A program made the position numbers and the translations under genes. The notes below the pieces were generated by a model, which saw only the letters and a program-made list of their open reading frames with translations, did not search any database and had not been told where the DNA came from. DNA of 63,096 nucleotides, counting the filler, from Trichomonas gallinae (taxonomy: Eukaryota), in the NCBI GenBank assembly GCA_008369845.1. It is 4 parts of 4 records of this genome, joined end to end, with 100 filler letters (N's around TTAATTAATTAA, not from the genome) between each part and the next. Parts side by side here need not be neighbours in the genome. Positions count along the whole stretch, not along the records: positions 25,627 to 48,701 come from MRSU01000122.1; positions 48,802 to 60,298 come from MRSU01000129.1; 2 more parts are not named here. The stretch is one strand, 5' to 3'. Positions 43,079-54,456 of this stretch are shown here, one piece after another. Every line of letters starts with the position of its first letter. The stretch's first letter is position 1.

Positions 43079-46036
43079 TTACCTATTACAAAATTCAAAA
43101 TATCCATCAATAAGAGAAGCAATTGAATATGTAGAGCAACCTGACTTTTTCGAATCATAAACATATTGAATAGATTCTTTGATTAAATCAAAATCTTTTT
43201 CTGTTAGTTTTCGGTTAAATTTTGTAGATGATTTGATGAGAAGTCCAACAATATTTGGAATTTTTTCTCTTGCAAAAGAGAAATTTAAAACATTGTCTTG
43301 AAAATTTGACAAAAAGAATAATGCATGATTTTTGTCAAATAACTCTGGTGATACAGACATGCTATATAATATCTCTTCAATAGAACCATCATATTTTTGA
43401 TTAGTCAAATAGTATTTTTGTTCGAACGAGTTTGAAATATTATTATAATATTCAATAAACCTGATTCCATAAATTGTTGATTCTTTGATGGTTTTTTCTT
43501 TAAAACATTTTTCAAGCCATTTCAATGTAGATGCTAATAATGCTTCACTCTTGATTCTTTCTATCTTTGCATATCTTTCAATGATCTGGAAAATGTAGTA
43601 CAAAATAGTTCTGCCATTCTTGCAGCGTTCATAAAGTATATATTTTCCTTTTGGACATAAATAAAAATAGTCTTGAACAGCTTGTGGATATAAAAATGCA
43701 AAGCACGCATTTCCACAATCAAGAGCATCATACGCAAGAATAAGTAGTTCTTTCTTTGCATCTTCAAATCTGCCTGTGACTAAAAGAATTCCTCTGATTG
43801 ATGACAATCTATCTTTCAAGCTTGTTTTCGGACCGAAAGATGAGTTTTCATTCATTCTGTCGGAAAGGAATCTATATTCTCCTGTATTTCCATACATTGA
43901 TATTGATAAAACAGATAAATCCTTAATAAAATTATCTTTCATCGAAAATGCGCTCAATCTTGAATAAAGATTATTTATGAAAGACTCATAAATTTGTTTC
44001 ATCAATTTGAAGAAATACATTGGAATTAATTGTTTGGGTTTGAAGTTTTTGTATGGAATTAGTTCTCTTCTTAGGAATTGTGATAAATTAATTAAATTAG
44101 AACATCTAAATAATCTCAAGAAAGAATAATCAATCAGCCAATTTCCTTCGATCATATTATTGATGATTTTCCATTCGTAATTCTCATAAAAATCGAGTAT
44201 TCCTGCAATTCCTGAGAAGTTAATCTCATCAATATCATAACCTTTCTCTTCTCCTTCGCCTCTAAATATTAGATTATTTATGTCAAACAATGACAAATCA
44301 TTGTAATATTTATCTAAGTAATTCTCTATATAACCATTCTCTAGTTTCTTTATTGCGTTTAATGTAGTTGCTGAGTATGACGTTTGGTAAGCAATGATAC
44401 TATTTTCTGGTAAATTTTCTATGACAATTTCGTCGTTTTCAATTCTTGAAAAATCAGATGAATTTTCATGATATATGTTTTGTGAATATTCAAAAGCAAA
44501 ATCAATATTTTCAACAGGAATCTGCAACTTCTTTGGTGTATCATAACTATCTGCAAATTTATAAATTACATAAAATCCATTTCCTGTCTTTTGATTCATT
44601 TTCAATATTGTTAAAATGTTTCCAAAAACTGAAACTTGATTTTCAAAATTTTCTAAACAAGAATGAACTCTGTTGAAATTATGAACAAATGAAAGATGTT
44701 GTTCTGCATTATTTGATAAAATTATTGGAAACTCTAACATAGAAAAGACAGGAATTAATGATATTGATGATTCAATAATGATTGGAACTTTGTTTGAAAG
44801 TTCAATGAAATTGTTTGCATATTTGATTGAAGCAAACTTAAGGTTGCTATATTCATTAATAAACTTTGATGTATCAAACGCATTTGATAAATTAACATTT
44901 TTGATTAATGAGTTCAATTTGTATTTCAAAATAACATCTATATCGTTTCTATTCGTTTTTGCTGTAAGATATATATTTGGATTTATTGATCTTATTTTGT
45001 CAATTAATTCAATAGATTTTTCTTCGTTTGTATCATCAAGTCCATTGATGCAGATAATACTTGAAAGTTTAACCAATTTTTTCATTTCATTTTCATCAAT
45101 GTTTTGTGGATTGATATCTGTCATTAAACCAACATCATAAGTTTTGCCTAAATGATCAAAGACATCATATATGTTCATAACAGCTTTGTTTTCTTGTCTT
45201 TGAACTATTCTTTCGATCTTTGATAGTTCATTTTCAAGTTTCAATAAATATTCTTCTCTTTCAGTAATTTTTGTTTCGATTTTTGCAAGTTTTTGCTGCT
45301 TTTCATTTATTTCTTTTTCTAATTCATGTAAATCTGATTCTCTTTGTGCAATATCCTGTTTAAGTAGCTGAGTGTCAACGAAATTTCTTGAAGAAAACCT
45401 AGCATTTTTGATTGAAGATTGAAATTTTGGAGGTATAGGTTTCAATTCAGGAATCACTAATTTTGACGATTTGTTAATAGTTTTTGATAATGGTTTCAAC
45501 GGTGGAAGTGCATCAGAAAATTGTTTATAATCTGAAACATTATTCGATTTTGGAAATTCAATCGAAAACTCACTAAATGATTTATTTTCATCTTTTCTTA
45601 GATAAATTATATTAAATCCTTGTTTAGATAAACCAGATACTTGATTTTTAAGAATATCGAAATTTGATCTATCATTTATCATTAAAGAACCTATATTAAT
45701 ATTCTGTATATGCAATAACTTTTGTTTCAAAGAGATTAATGGATCAACTATAATGTTTAAATTCGATTCTATCAAATTTAATTTGAATTTTACATAGAAC
45801 AACCCAGAAATTCTTATTTGAATAGACAGTTCTATATTATCAAAAGGATTGTACTGGAAATCTATTGAATTTTTGGTTGATTTAATAAGATTTGAAAAAA
45901 TCTGTAATTTCGATGAATGAAACCTTGATCTAGTAGGAATGACTATTTTTAGAGTTGATTGTTGTCCTTCAATGTGAAGAAATCCTTTAGATAGATCAAT
46001 ATCATCTGTTAAACGAAAAAACTTAACATTATTCAT
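43079..46036 (-). CDS. Highly divergent glycogen debranching enzyme (AGL)-like protein
   Basis: Collinear remnants of AGL motifs: GFNIIYL, LMTDI, RSINPNIYLTA, DINNLIFRGEGEE, NMIEGNWLIDY, SIRGILLVTGRFEDAK and QAVQDY. Confidence 0.8.
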   Translation of the reverse strand: MNNVKFFRLTDDIDLSKGFLHIEGQQSTLKIVIPTRSRFHSSKLQIFSNLIKSTKNSIDFQYNPFDNIELSIQIRISGLFYVKFKLNLIESNLNIIVDPLISLKQKLLHIQNINIGSLMINDRSNFDILKNQVSGLSKQGFNIIYLRKDENKSFSEFSIEFPKSNNVSDYKQFSDALPPLKPLSKTINKSSKLVIPELKPIPPKFQSSIKNARFSSRNFVDTQLLKQDIAQRESDLHELEKEINEKQQKLAKIETKITEREEYLLKLENELSKIERIVQRQENKAVMNIYDVFDHLGKTYDVGLMTDINPQNIDENEMKKLVKLSSIICINGLDDTNEEKSIELIDKIRSINPNIYLTAKTNRNDIDVILKYKLNSLIKNVNLSNAFDTSKFINEYSNLKFASIKYANNFIELSNKVPIIIESSISLIPVFSMLEFPIILSNNAEQHLSFVHNFNRVHSCLENFENQVSVFGNILTILKMNQKTGNGFYVIYKFADSYDTPKKLQIPVENIDFAFEYSQNIYHENSSDFSRIENDEIVIENLPENSIIAYQTSYSATTLNAIKKLENGYIENYLDKYYNDLSLFDINNLIFRGEGEEKGYDIDEINFSGIAGILDFYENYEWKIINNMIEGNWLIDYSFLRLFRCSNLINLSQFLRRELIPYKNFKPKQLIPMYFFKLMKQIYESFINNLYSRLSAFSMKDNFIKDLSVLSISMYGNTGEYRFLSDRMNENSSFGPKTSLKDRLSSIRGILLVTGRFEDAKKELLILAYDALDCGNACFAFLYPQAVQDYFYLCPKGKYILYERCKNGRTILYYIFQIIERYAKIERIKSEALLASTLKWLEKCFKEKTIKESTIYGIRFIEYYNNISNSFEQKYYLTNQKYDGSIEEILYSMSVSPELFDKNHALFFLSNFQDNVLNFSFAREKIPNIVGLLIKSSTKFNRKLTEKDFDLIKESIQYVYDSKKSGCSTYSIASLIDGYFEFCNR

Positions 46037-46190
46037 TATAATCGTTCAGAGAATAAACACGATCGACTCAAACTTTATCAACAAATGCATCACACTATTA
46101 TACAGCTGATGATGAAGATAAATAATTTTTGTTCTTGAAAATTTATCGTGATAAAGGTACCATAGGACAAAATTGATGAAATTTCCTGCC

Positions 46191-46304
46191 ATGTAAAGTG
46201 TCAAATGTAGTTATGTAAAGTGACAAATGTAGTTCGCATCAATAAATTGGACCATTTTGTAGCTTTACTAAAAATGTAGATAACGTTACTAAAAATGTAG
46301 ATAA
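46191..46304 (+). repeat. Two short tandem duplications (22-bp x2 and 21-bp period x2)
   Basis: ATGTAAAGTG(T/A)CAAATGTAGTT at 46191 and 46213. TTACTAAAAATGTAGATAA at 46265 and 46286. Confidence 0.85.
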
Positions 46305-47401
46305 TATTAATAACTAAGAATTCGGCACATAGCCAATGCAAAATATTTCTGTTGCTAGAGTCCCAGTCCATGCCTCTGAGTTATAACAAGATTTAAAATT
46401 CTACTTATTAAATTTTATTTTAAATGTTTTATACGCCTATAATAGTATCAAGAATTGTAATTTTAAAATGAAATAATGATTTCAAGAATGGCAAATTTAA
46501 TTCAGGTGACAATTTTTTTGCCAGCATTTGACACGTCACCTTTTTCGGCAGATAAGACAAATTTTCGGAATTATGTTGATATATGTTCAAATATGATATT
46601 GCATGCAAATTAATTCTGAATGACTTTTATATAGTTTACAAAACGCGATAGGAAATTAAAAGGTTTAGCAATTCAATTTGAGAGAATTAATTTTACGTTT
46701 TATTTTTATGGACAATTTAGAATGTTCTTAGATGTGATTTGGTTAATTTTTGTTTATTTTCATTTAATAAATTATAACCAATTAAAAACCTTTTATTTAT
46801 CAAAAATTGCAATATCCATGATTATAACATATCATTTATCGCGTTTTCGAAAGTTTTTGAAAAGTCTGATCAAGGACCATAGTTGTGCATTTCAAACAAT
46901 ATATAACAAAGCTATTATTAATATATATGCAATAATTTTATTGATCGGCAAACAATAAAAAAAAATTCCAACAAACCAAAATTTTAAAATAATAATGATA
47001 TACTATTTATTTGATGCTTGATATTCCTTTTTCAGTTTACATGAGCCGCATTTTAAATGTGTTTTTGTTTTCTCGCGATCGGAATTTGTTTTTGTACTTT
47101 ACCTATGTAGTATTTTAATTTCGCGTTAATAAAATATTATTTTTCATGGACCACGAAGACTTCTTTCAAAAACACAAAATTTTCTATTCACAAATTTCTT
47201 AATGATTCGATTTTACATCAAATATATTACCTTATTATCAGTAAATAATATCTTTTGTTAAAAAATTTTTATAACAAAATTTTCTTTATCATTGCTTGCT
47301 ATGATATAATCAATGCGAAAAACAAAAAATAAGCAAAAAATATTTTTTTGTTTGGCAGGTCGCTTTAAAAGCCTCACAATTTGTTTATTTTATTTTTTGC
47401 A

Positions 47402-47620
47402 ATGTCTCTCAGACAGAACGCACTCACACAAGCTCCAATGCCAACAAATCAGCTTACAATTCCAATAGCTTCTGCACGCGCTAAGAGAGCTTCGATGAAG
47501 TTCTTTGACTCAGCTGACTGGGCAATGAATAACTACAACGACAAAGAGCAATCACTGCCACACATGGCTTCTCGTAGAAGCCAGCCAACAGGTAACACAT
47601 CCCCACTTTCCAGAGTATAA
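47402..47620 (+). CDS. Endosulfine/ARPP-19 family protein
   Basis: KFFDSADWAM is the Greatwall/Rim15 phospho-site signature. 72 aa. Confidence 0.88.
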   Translation: MSLRQNALTQAPMPTNQLTIPIASARAKRASMKFFDSADWAMNNYNDKEQSLPHMASRRSQPTGNTSPLSRV

Positions 47621-48542
47621 ATTTACATAGAGATTTTAATTGTCAATATAGAGAGATTTGTTTTCTTGCTAAAACTATCCTTGTTTAGTATACTAAATAT
47701 ACATATTATTTAATTTCATTCTTTTTACTTGATCTTTATGATGTTTTTGTTGATTTACCAAAATTATTTCAGAGAATTCATGAGTTCAATGTCTTTACAC
47801 ACTTGATACATATATATATAATATGAATCAAACATGTTTGCAGTGTGAATACATCAAAATAAACTACAAGTTAAATCAATCAAATTAATTATCGATTTAA
47901 TATGCGATATTAACGTTCATTAATCAAGAATTAATTCCAACTCACCAAGCTCACTGATATATCATAGTAGTTCATAATATAATTCCCGGTAATGAAATGG
48001 TCCAACAAATTGTTCAGTGGTCCGACAACAAATGCTTCGTAACCATGCATAATTATTGTGCATGAATTAATTTATAGATATTTTGAAAGGAATAAAACTA
48101 TATTTTAAATCTTGATCGATAAAATTACAAAATTTTTACGCAAAAGTTGCATATTTACCATTTGCTATTACTTTATAATATAATACACAAGTCTCTTGGC
48201 AAATACATCAAAATATTGACGATATTGATTTAATGTAGGGGCGGAAAAAAGATTATAGTGGCAATATAAAAAAAAAAAAAAATTGGTGGTTTATCGATTC
48301 ATCAAAATATTGATGATAATTCGTTTTATTATTGGCCAATCTATCTATTAATAGAAATTAAAATGAATTTGCTCATTTAATAGTTTAAGGTTATTTGTAA
48401 AAATTTATTACATAATTCTTTATCTCAATTTTTGAATGCAATTAAGAAATAATATGATCATTTTTCAATAGTTTACAATGTGCAAAAATTGTTTAAAATT
48501 GCAAAAAAATTAATTGTTTACATCAAAATGCATTAAGGAATG

Positions 48543-48701
48543 TAGGGATGTGCGAACTGGCCGTTTAGTGAAGGATTCGCTGATTTTGGATTCGCGGTTC
48601 GCTCGCGAAAAGTGACACCGGGTCGAAAAGTGACGCGATGTTGAAATCATAATTCATTTTTGAACAATGTTATATTATAATAGCGTACATAGTAGCCATC
48701 A
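48543..48701 (+). mobile_element. Possible hAT-like DNA transposon end
   Basis: An abrupt GC-rich block starts TAGGGATGTG (compare the Ac TIR C/TAGGGATGAAA), contains repeated CGAAAAGTGAC and runs into an assembly gap. Confidence 0.4.
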
Positions 48702-48801
48702 NNNNNNNNNNNNNNNNNNNNNNNNNNNNNNNNNNNNNNNNNNNNTTAATTAATTAANNNNNNNNNNNNNNNNNNNNNNNNNNNNNNNNNNNNNNNNNNN
48801 N
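48702..48801. other. Artificial scaffold spacer
   Basis: N44-TTAATTAATTAA-N44. Confidence 0.97.
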
Positions 48802-49174
48802 CAAAAATAATCGTCGCTTGGAAGATTGGTTTTTAGGAGTTTTTGCATTTTCCTAAGGTTCTTCCAAAGTGACATCCTTAATAAATAATATTATATTTTC
48901 ATATATTTTATTTTGAAGCAATGAATTGTTAATATAGTAATTTAGATTTTTTAAAATAAAAAAGATGTGGAAACATCGAAGACCCAAATCATTCTAAATC
49001 TTGCAGGGAATATATAAATTACTACTAGGTACTATCTATGGAATATCTAATGATTTAAACAATTTGATCTCGACTTATATATAAATCTATTTTGCCCAAC
49101 TTATTTTTTAATAAATAAACATCATAATGATTTACATATCATATTTTACTAATGTACATAATAATGATTAAGGA

Positions 49175-49790
49175 CTAAGGCACAAGCTTAGATCGAAAGT
49201 ATATCATATTTCCAATAATTTAAAATCAATTAAATCAAATATAAGAAATTGACGAAAAAAAAAATCATGACGATAGATATTATTTGGCTAGATGCAAAAA
49301 CTTAAGGACTAATAGTGAGTAAATAGTAGGAGTATTAAAGTATAAGCTATGTAAGAAAGTTTACTGTAAGTACTTTTAGTTAAAATCAATTAAATTATAT
49401 AAGAAATTGATGATAGGAAAAAAAAAAAACATGATATTGTTGTTTTTGGCTAGATACAACAACTTATGGACTACTTGTGATTAAGTAGTAGAGTTGCTAA
49501 AGCTGAAGTTTCGTTAGAAAGTTTATTGCAAGTACATTCGCTTAGTTTTAACCAAATCATAAAAAATTTATGAAGAATTAAAAAAAAAAAAAAATCATGA
49601 CGATAAATTCATTTTGGTTAAATGCAAAAACTTATGGATGTATTGGGACTAAATGGTAGTAATATTAAAGCTCAAGCATCTATAGAAAGTATATTTCATT
49701 GTCTATAAGTTAGAATCAATTTAATCATATAATAAATTGATGAAAAATGAAAAAAAAAGATGACGATATTTGGCCAGATTCAAATATCCA
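49175..49790 (+). repeat. Diverged tandem repeat, ~160-167-bp unit, ~3.5-4 copies
   Basis: Units start near 49221, 49381, 49548 and 49711. They share AATCAATT, AAATTGA, a polyA-ATGACGAT block, TTTGGYYARAT, ACTTAWGGA and GAAAGT. Confidence 0.85.
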
Positions 49791-49888
49791 AAATTTATAA
49801 AAAAATAAGATGTTTATTGTCTAAAATGATTAAATCTAAAATCTAAAGCAAATAAAAAAAAAAAAAAAAAAAACGTACTAAAATTTTC

Positions 49889-51721
49889 ATGAAAGCGAGT
49901 TCACAGGAAGAATGGATGAAGATTGTTCAAACTTTTAGCAAAGCTATTTATAGCTCATTATCTAAAGAAAAGAACATAATGATTCGCGAATTAATGAATA
50001 TTTTCAACGATTTCGATGAAAAATTAAATAAAACGCTAAGAAATAACTCAATGAAAGAAGAAATATTAACAAAAAGTAAAGAACTACTTCGTCGACAAAC
50101 AGAATTATTAGAAGATTCAATAAGGAAAGATGGAATAATTAAAATCGCAAAACAAAACACAACTCGCTCATTTAACGATCAACTCGCACGTCAAATAGAG
50201 ACCTTAGAGCAAGAAATTAAACGCTATACTCCAAATTATCAAACATCAAAAATTGATAAAAACAAAAACTGTTTATATTTAATCGATACAAAACTAAAAA
50301 CACTAGAAGACCTCAATTACACTTTACTCAAACGTTCCGTTGTCGTTGATGAAGGTAACGAAGTTACTGATCAAATTAATTCCGAATTTGGTTCCATTCC
50401 TGGCCTTTTGCAGGCATTCCACAGACTTACTGAAGAGAATGAAATGCTCAAAAGGCAAGAAATGGACATTGGAATCGATAATTATTCTAAAAGAAGGCCA
50501 TTTTCGCAACTAACGACATTATGCGCACAAACACTATCCATTCTATTCCAAAACGATCTTAAAAATAGCGAATTCATTGCAAGAACATTAAATTTAAATT
50601 TTGAAGATGAAAATGCAAAAGATTTCGATGAAATGACAGGTGATAGCTCCTTTATTATGAACAAAAACGATCTCCAATCAATGAAAATGCAATTAGAAGA
50701 AATACAGAACGAAATTAAAGAAAGACAGGACGAAATCAAGAAAATAACAGCGCAGGTTGATACATCTTTCGTACCTACACGGAACAAAATATCTTCGAAG
50801 TCTCTGACAGTCGACAAACTCTCAGCAATGTGTGAACATTTAATTAATCAATTATCAGTCAAAAGAAAGATAAACGAAAGCTTAAATACAGACATAGAAG
50901 AGATTTCTCAGCAGATATTAGCTATAGAAGAAGAAAAAGTCGAATTGGGAAAGAAATACGTGAATATGTTTAAACCGATTTTTGATTTATTAGACAAACA
51001 CGATTCTGTTTATGCAAACATGTATGCGAACAGAAAGATAGCGAAAACATTGCAGTCTGTGTGTGCAGCATTCGGATTAGACCTGTTTTACCAGAAATCA
51101 ACATTTAAAAATACAATTATGAGTAAATTCGAAGCTCCTCCTCTTACCATTATTCCTCCCAAGATTATCTCACCCCAATCATCAAGTTTCTTGATGGCTA
51201 AACCTTCTCCAAAGACAAAAGTTTTAATCAAACCAAGTCCATCTATGAGGAAACCTGGCGGAAAAATCGCATCGCAGAAATCTCTTTCTTCCATACGCAA
51301 TTTCGGCATGGTGCTGACTCCCCCTCCACCAGAAGAGCTTCCTAGTGCACCTCCTGAGCTAAATTCTGAAGAGAAAACAGTCCAAAAAACTGTTCGAAAA
51401 CAGAATGAACTCGAGAAATTCGTCAATTTCTTCCTATTGACAGACTGCCACAAATTAGCCTGCCAGATCGATGAAGGTGTTCCCGACACGTCGGAGGCTA
51501 TCAAGGAATACAGGATTAAGGCATTCGCTGAGATACACAGGACAGCGGATGAGGCGATGAAGAATTATATAGAAGGAACAACCTCGAAGTTGCAGACTAT
51601 AAGACAATGCGCACAGCTGATTCTCGTCAAAGAAAAGGCATCAATATCTACACAAATTGATCCTATTCCATTTATTGATATTGAAACTATGACTGACCCG
51701 CCAAAGAAAGGCAAAAGATAA
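49889..51721 (+). CDS. Hypothetical coiled-coil protein with Pro-rich region
   Basis: 610-aa ORF with heptad-rich N-terminal two-thirds. Confidence 0.8.
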   Translation: MKASSQEEWMKIVQTFSKAIYSSLSKEKNIMIRELMNIFNDFDEKLNKTLRNNSMKEEILTKSKELLRRQTELLEDSIRKDGIIKIAKQNTTRSFNDQLARQIETLEQEIKRYTPNYQTSKIDKNKNCLYLIDTKLKTLEDLNYTLLKRSVVVDEGNEVTDQINSEFGSIPGLLQAFHRLTEENEMLKRQEMDIGIDNYSKRRPFSQLTTLCAQTLSILFQNDLKNSEFIARTLNLNFEDENAKDFDEMTGDSSFIMNKNDLQSMKMQLEEIQNEIKERQDEIKKITAQVDTSFVPTRNKISSKSLTVDKLSAMCEHLINQLSVKRKINESLNTDIEEISQQILAIEEEKVELGKKYVNMFKPIFDLLDKHDSVYANMYANRKIAKTLQSVCAAFGLDLFYQKSTFKNTIMSKFEAPPLTIIPPKIISPQSSSFLMAKPSPKTKVLIKPSPSMRKPGGKIASQKSLSSIRNFGMVLTPPPPEELPSAPPELNSEEKTVQKTVRKQNELEKFVNFFLLTDCHKLACQIDEGVPDTSEAIKEYRIKAFAEIHRTADEAMKNYIEGTTSKLQTIRQCAQLILVKEKASISTQIDPIPFIDIETMTDPPKKGKR

Positions 51722-52749
51722 ATTTATTTTTGTTGTTTATATTTGTAAAATATTAGATTTAATTTAAGATTATTATGTCAACGAAATATATTCCAATTTT
51801 GAAAATATCTTTAATATTAAACTTTATTTCTTTTATTTAATTAGAGAATGATGTTAGCAGAGTGTGGTAGCTTGATTAAGTTTCTAAGGCAGTGTTTGCC
51901 TATTATCACGCGTAAGCCTGACTAATATATATTAGAACTAATATCATAAAAGTTATATCATGATATATTAAAATTCATAGAAATTTAAATTAAGTTTCAA
52001 CAATTGTACCTTTATTATTATTAAACACATTGCAGTGATCAATGCATTGATTACCTCTGTTGTTATAAATAAGAGGTTCTCGCTATAACGGTTAAAAGCA
52101 GCATTTGGTCCAAGAAATTATCACTAAATCTAATTTTATAACTATAGATGATAGATCTTCTTGTGTATTTCTATTTTTATAAATAACTTGCAATTGATTT
52201 TCCTCTACAATCTATTACAATGAACAACTCTGGTATTTATATATTAGTAGATTGCCATATTGGACTTCATAAAAAATATTGGTCTTGATAACTTTCACGC
52301 TTCTTGACTACAATTTATCTACGTATATAAATTCGCTTTTCTAATATGATTGTGATGAAATATTGGTGTATTATTACAAGAAAATTGAAATTTGAAAAAT
52401 AATCTTCATTTTTCCTTAATATCAACTCTATAATATCATGTTGGTAGTTTTGGCTGACTCATCAATGTCATATGTGCGCATTCAATTCTACATATCTTTC
52501 TAAGTTGATAAGAAAACTCGTTAGACTATAATAAAAATCAAATATAAAGGTCAATGTAATGCATTTGTTGGATAGAAAACGTATTTAATAGCATACCAAT
52601 AATCAAAGCTTCAAATTTTGATTTCTCGGTATTGCGAAGTGTGAAAAATGTTGATTCTAACGTGAAGAATTAATAACCTGGAACCAACTATATAACGTAA
52701 TATCATTTAACTTACAAACAATTGAGGTTTTAGAATGTTGCTAAAAATA

Positions 52750-53337
52750 TTAGCAACAATATCCACTACTCTTCGGCTCTGGTTCAAGTTGTACTGGAAC
52801 TTGTCTTTGCTGCTGCTTAAAGATGCCAGAGTTCATCGAAATCAATTTTTCCGTAATCTTAGTAAACATTTCATTAACTCCAGTTCCTGTTGCAGCACTG
52901 GTCTCAAAATAAGGTAATTCTAGAGAATCTGCCAATTTCTGGCCCGCTTCTTGTGAAATCACTCTGTCAGGCAAATCGATTTTGTTTCCACAGACTAAAA
53001 CTATGGCATCAGATGTATTTTCTCGTATTTCATCTGCCCAGCTTTGCACCTGTTCGAATGATTCGCGATTTGTGACGTCAAAGACAATAATAGCAACAGC
53101 TGCGTTCCTATAGTACATAGGAGTCAATCCACGGTACAACTCTTGACCTGCTGTATCCCATACTGATATAGTTATCTCTTGTCCATTGATATATAATGTT
53201 TTTGCAACGAAAGATGCGCCAATAGTTGTTTTTGCGAGTCCATCGAATATGCCATTGACGAACTGCATGATAATCGATGTTTTTCCGGCGCCGCTTGATC
53301 CAAGCAAAACGAACTTCGTCCCGTTCTTCGTCTGCAT
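52750..53337 (-). CDS. Rab-family small GTPase (Rab5/21/22-like)
   Basis: Motifs GSSGAGKTS, TIGASF, WDTAGQE, YYRNA, NKID and ETSA. C-terminal CC. Confidence 0.95.
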   Translation of the reverse strand: MQTKNGTKFVLLGSSGAGKTSIIMQFVNGIFDGLAKTTIGASFVAKTLYINGQEITISVWDTAGQELYRGLTPMYYRNAAVAIIVFDVTNRESFEQVQSWADEIRENTSDAIVLVCGNKIDLPDRVISQEAGQKLADSLELPYFETSAATGTGVNEMFTKITEKLISMNSGIFKQQQRQVPVQLEPEPKSSGYCC

Positions 53338-54456
53338 TATTTTTTTAAAAATTTGCCAAACGGACGAATTTACAAACATTGCCACCTCATTATTCTGTTT
53401 CTACCATTCCCTAATGCACAAAAATCGCTTGCACCAATCAAAAATCTGATATTATGAATATTTAATCGTAATGACCTTAAAAAATTACAAATATCATTCC
53501 AAATTCTATATTTAGATACAGTGTTATATGGATGATATATATATACAAAACGCCTTGATCCTACTGCAAAGATATTTTATTTTCAAAAAATTTTCGGGGA
53601 TCAGCTGGGCCTTGGGGGATCTATTCAATTTAGAGAGGTGCAAAGTGCCATGAAGTTTTTTTTTTCTTGAAAAGTTGACATGTAAATAATATTTTTGACA
53701 TTGTAATAATCACAGTTACCAATTTGTTTCACTCCAAAGTTCACTGACAAAAATGATTGTTTGCTAAATATTATACTTATGCCCAATAGTGATTATGTGG
53801 TAAATGTATTGTAGCTAATACTTCGTTAGGAAATCTATAACAAGTATTTTATTAGATATTTTTAGTTTTTTATTTCGTGTGACTAATGTGAATCATGATA
53901 TTATGGGCCAAAATTAATCAAATGATTTCTTGATTTACAGCTGTGATTGATCAAGTGTCACTTACAGACTGCCAAAATATTTACGCTTGTGTCATTGCTT
54001 ATTAAATTGATTAAGTAGGAATTATAATTGGTGTTCAGTTATAAAACACTAAAATGAAGTTTATTCACATCATCATACGGGAAATTTAAGATAGTTTTTC
54101 GAGAATTATCTAAATTTTGTTCCCATTTCTTTTATTCTTGATTTGAATAATTTATTAATAAACAATTGTAATAATAACATTGTGCATCGGTTGACTTATT
54201 TCATTTGATAAAACTAATTTGAAATTCACTTCATCCATATATTTTCCAAATATATTGATGATTCTATTCAGCTGGTATCAAAAACACCATATCATGCAAT
54301 AAGATTTAATTCTAAAATCTGATCATAATTATTATTTTTGGAATATAAGTTATTTATGACTAATAAGTTCTATTTTGGCATAAATTTATATCCAATCAAA
54401 ATTTAGGCATTTGCCAATTTCTTGCCATCAAATTTGACGTCTTTGCCATAATACAA

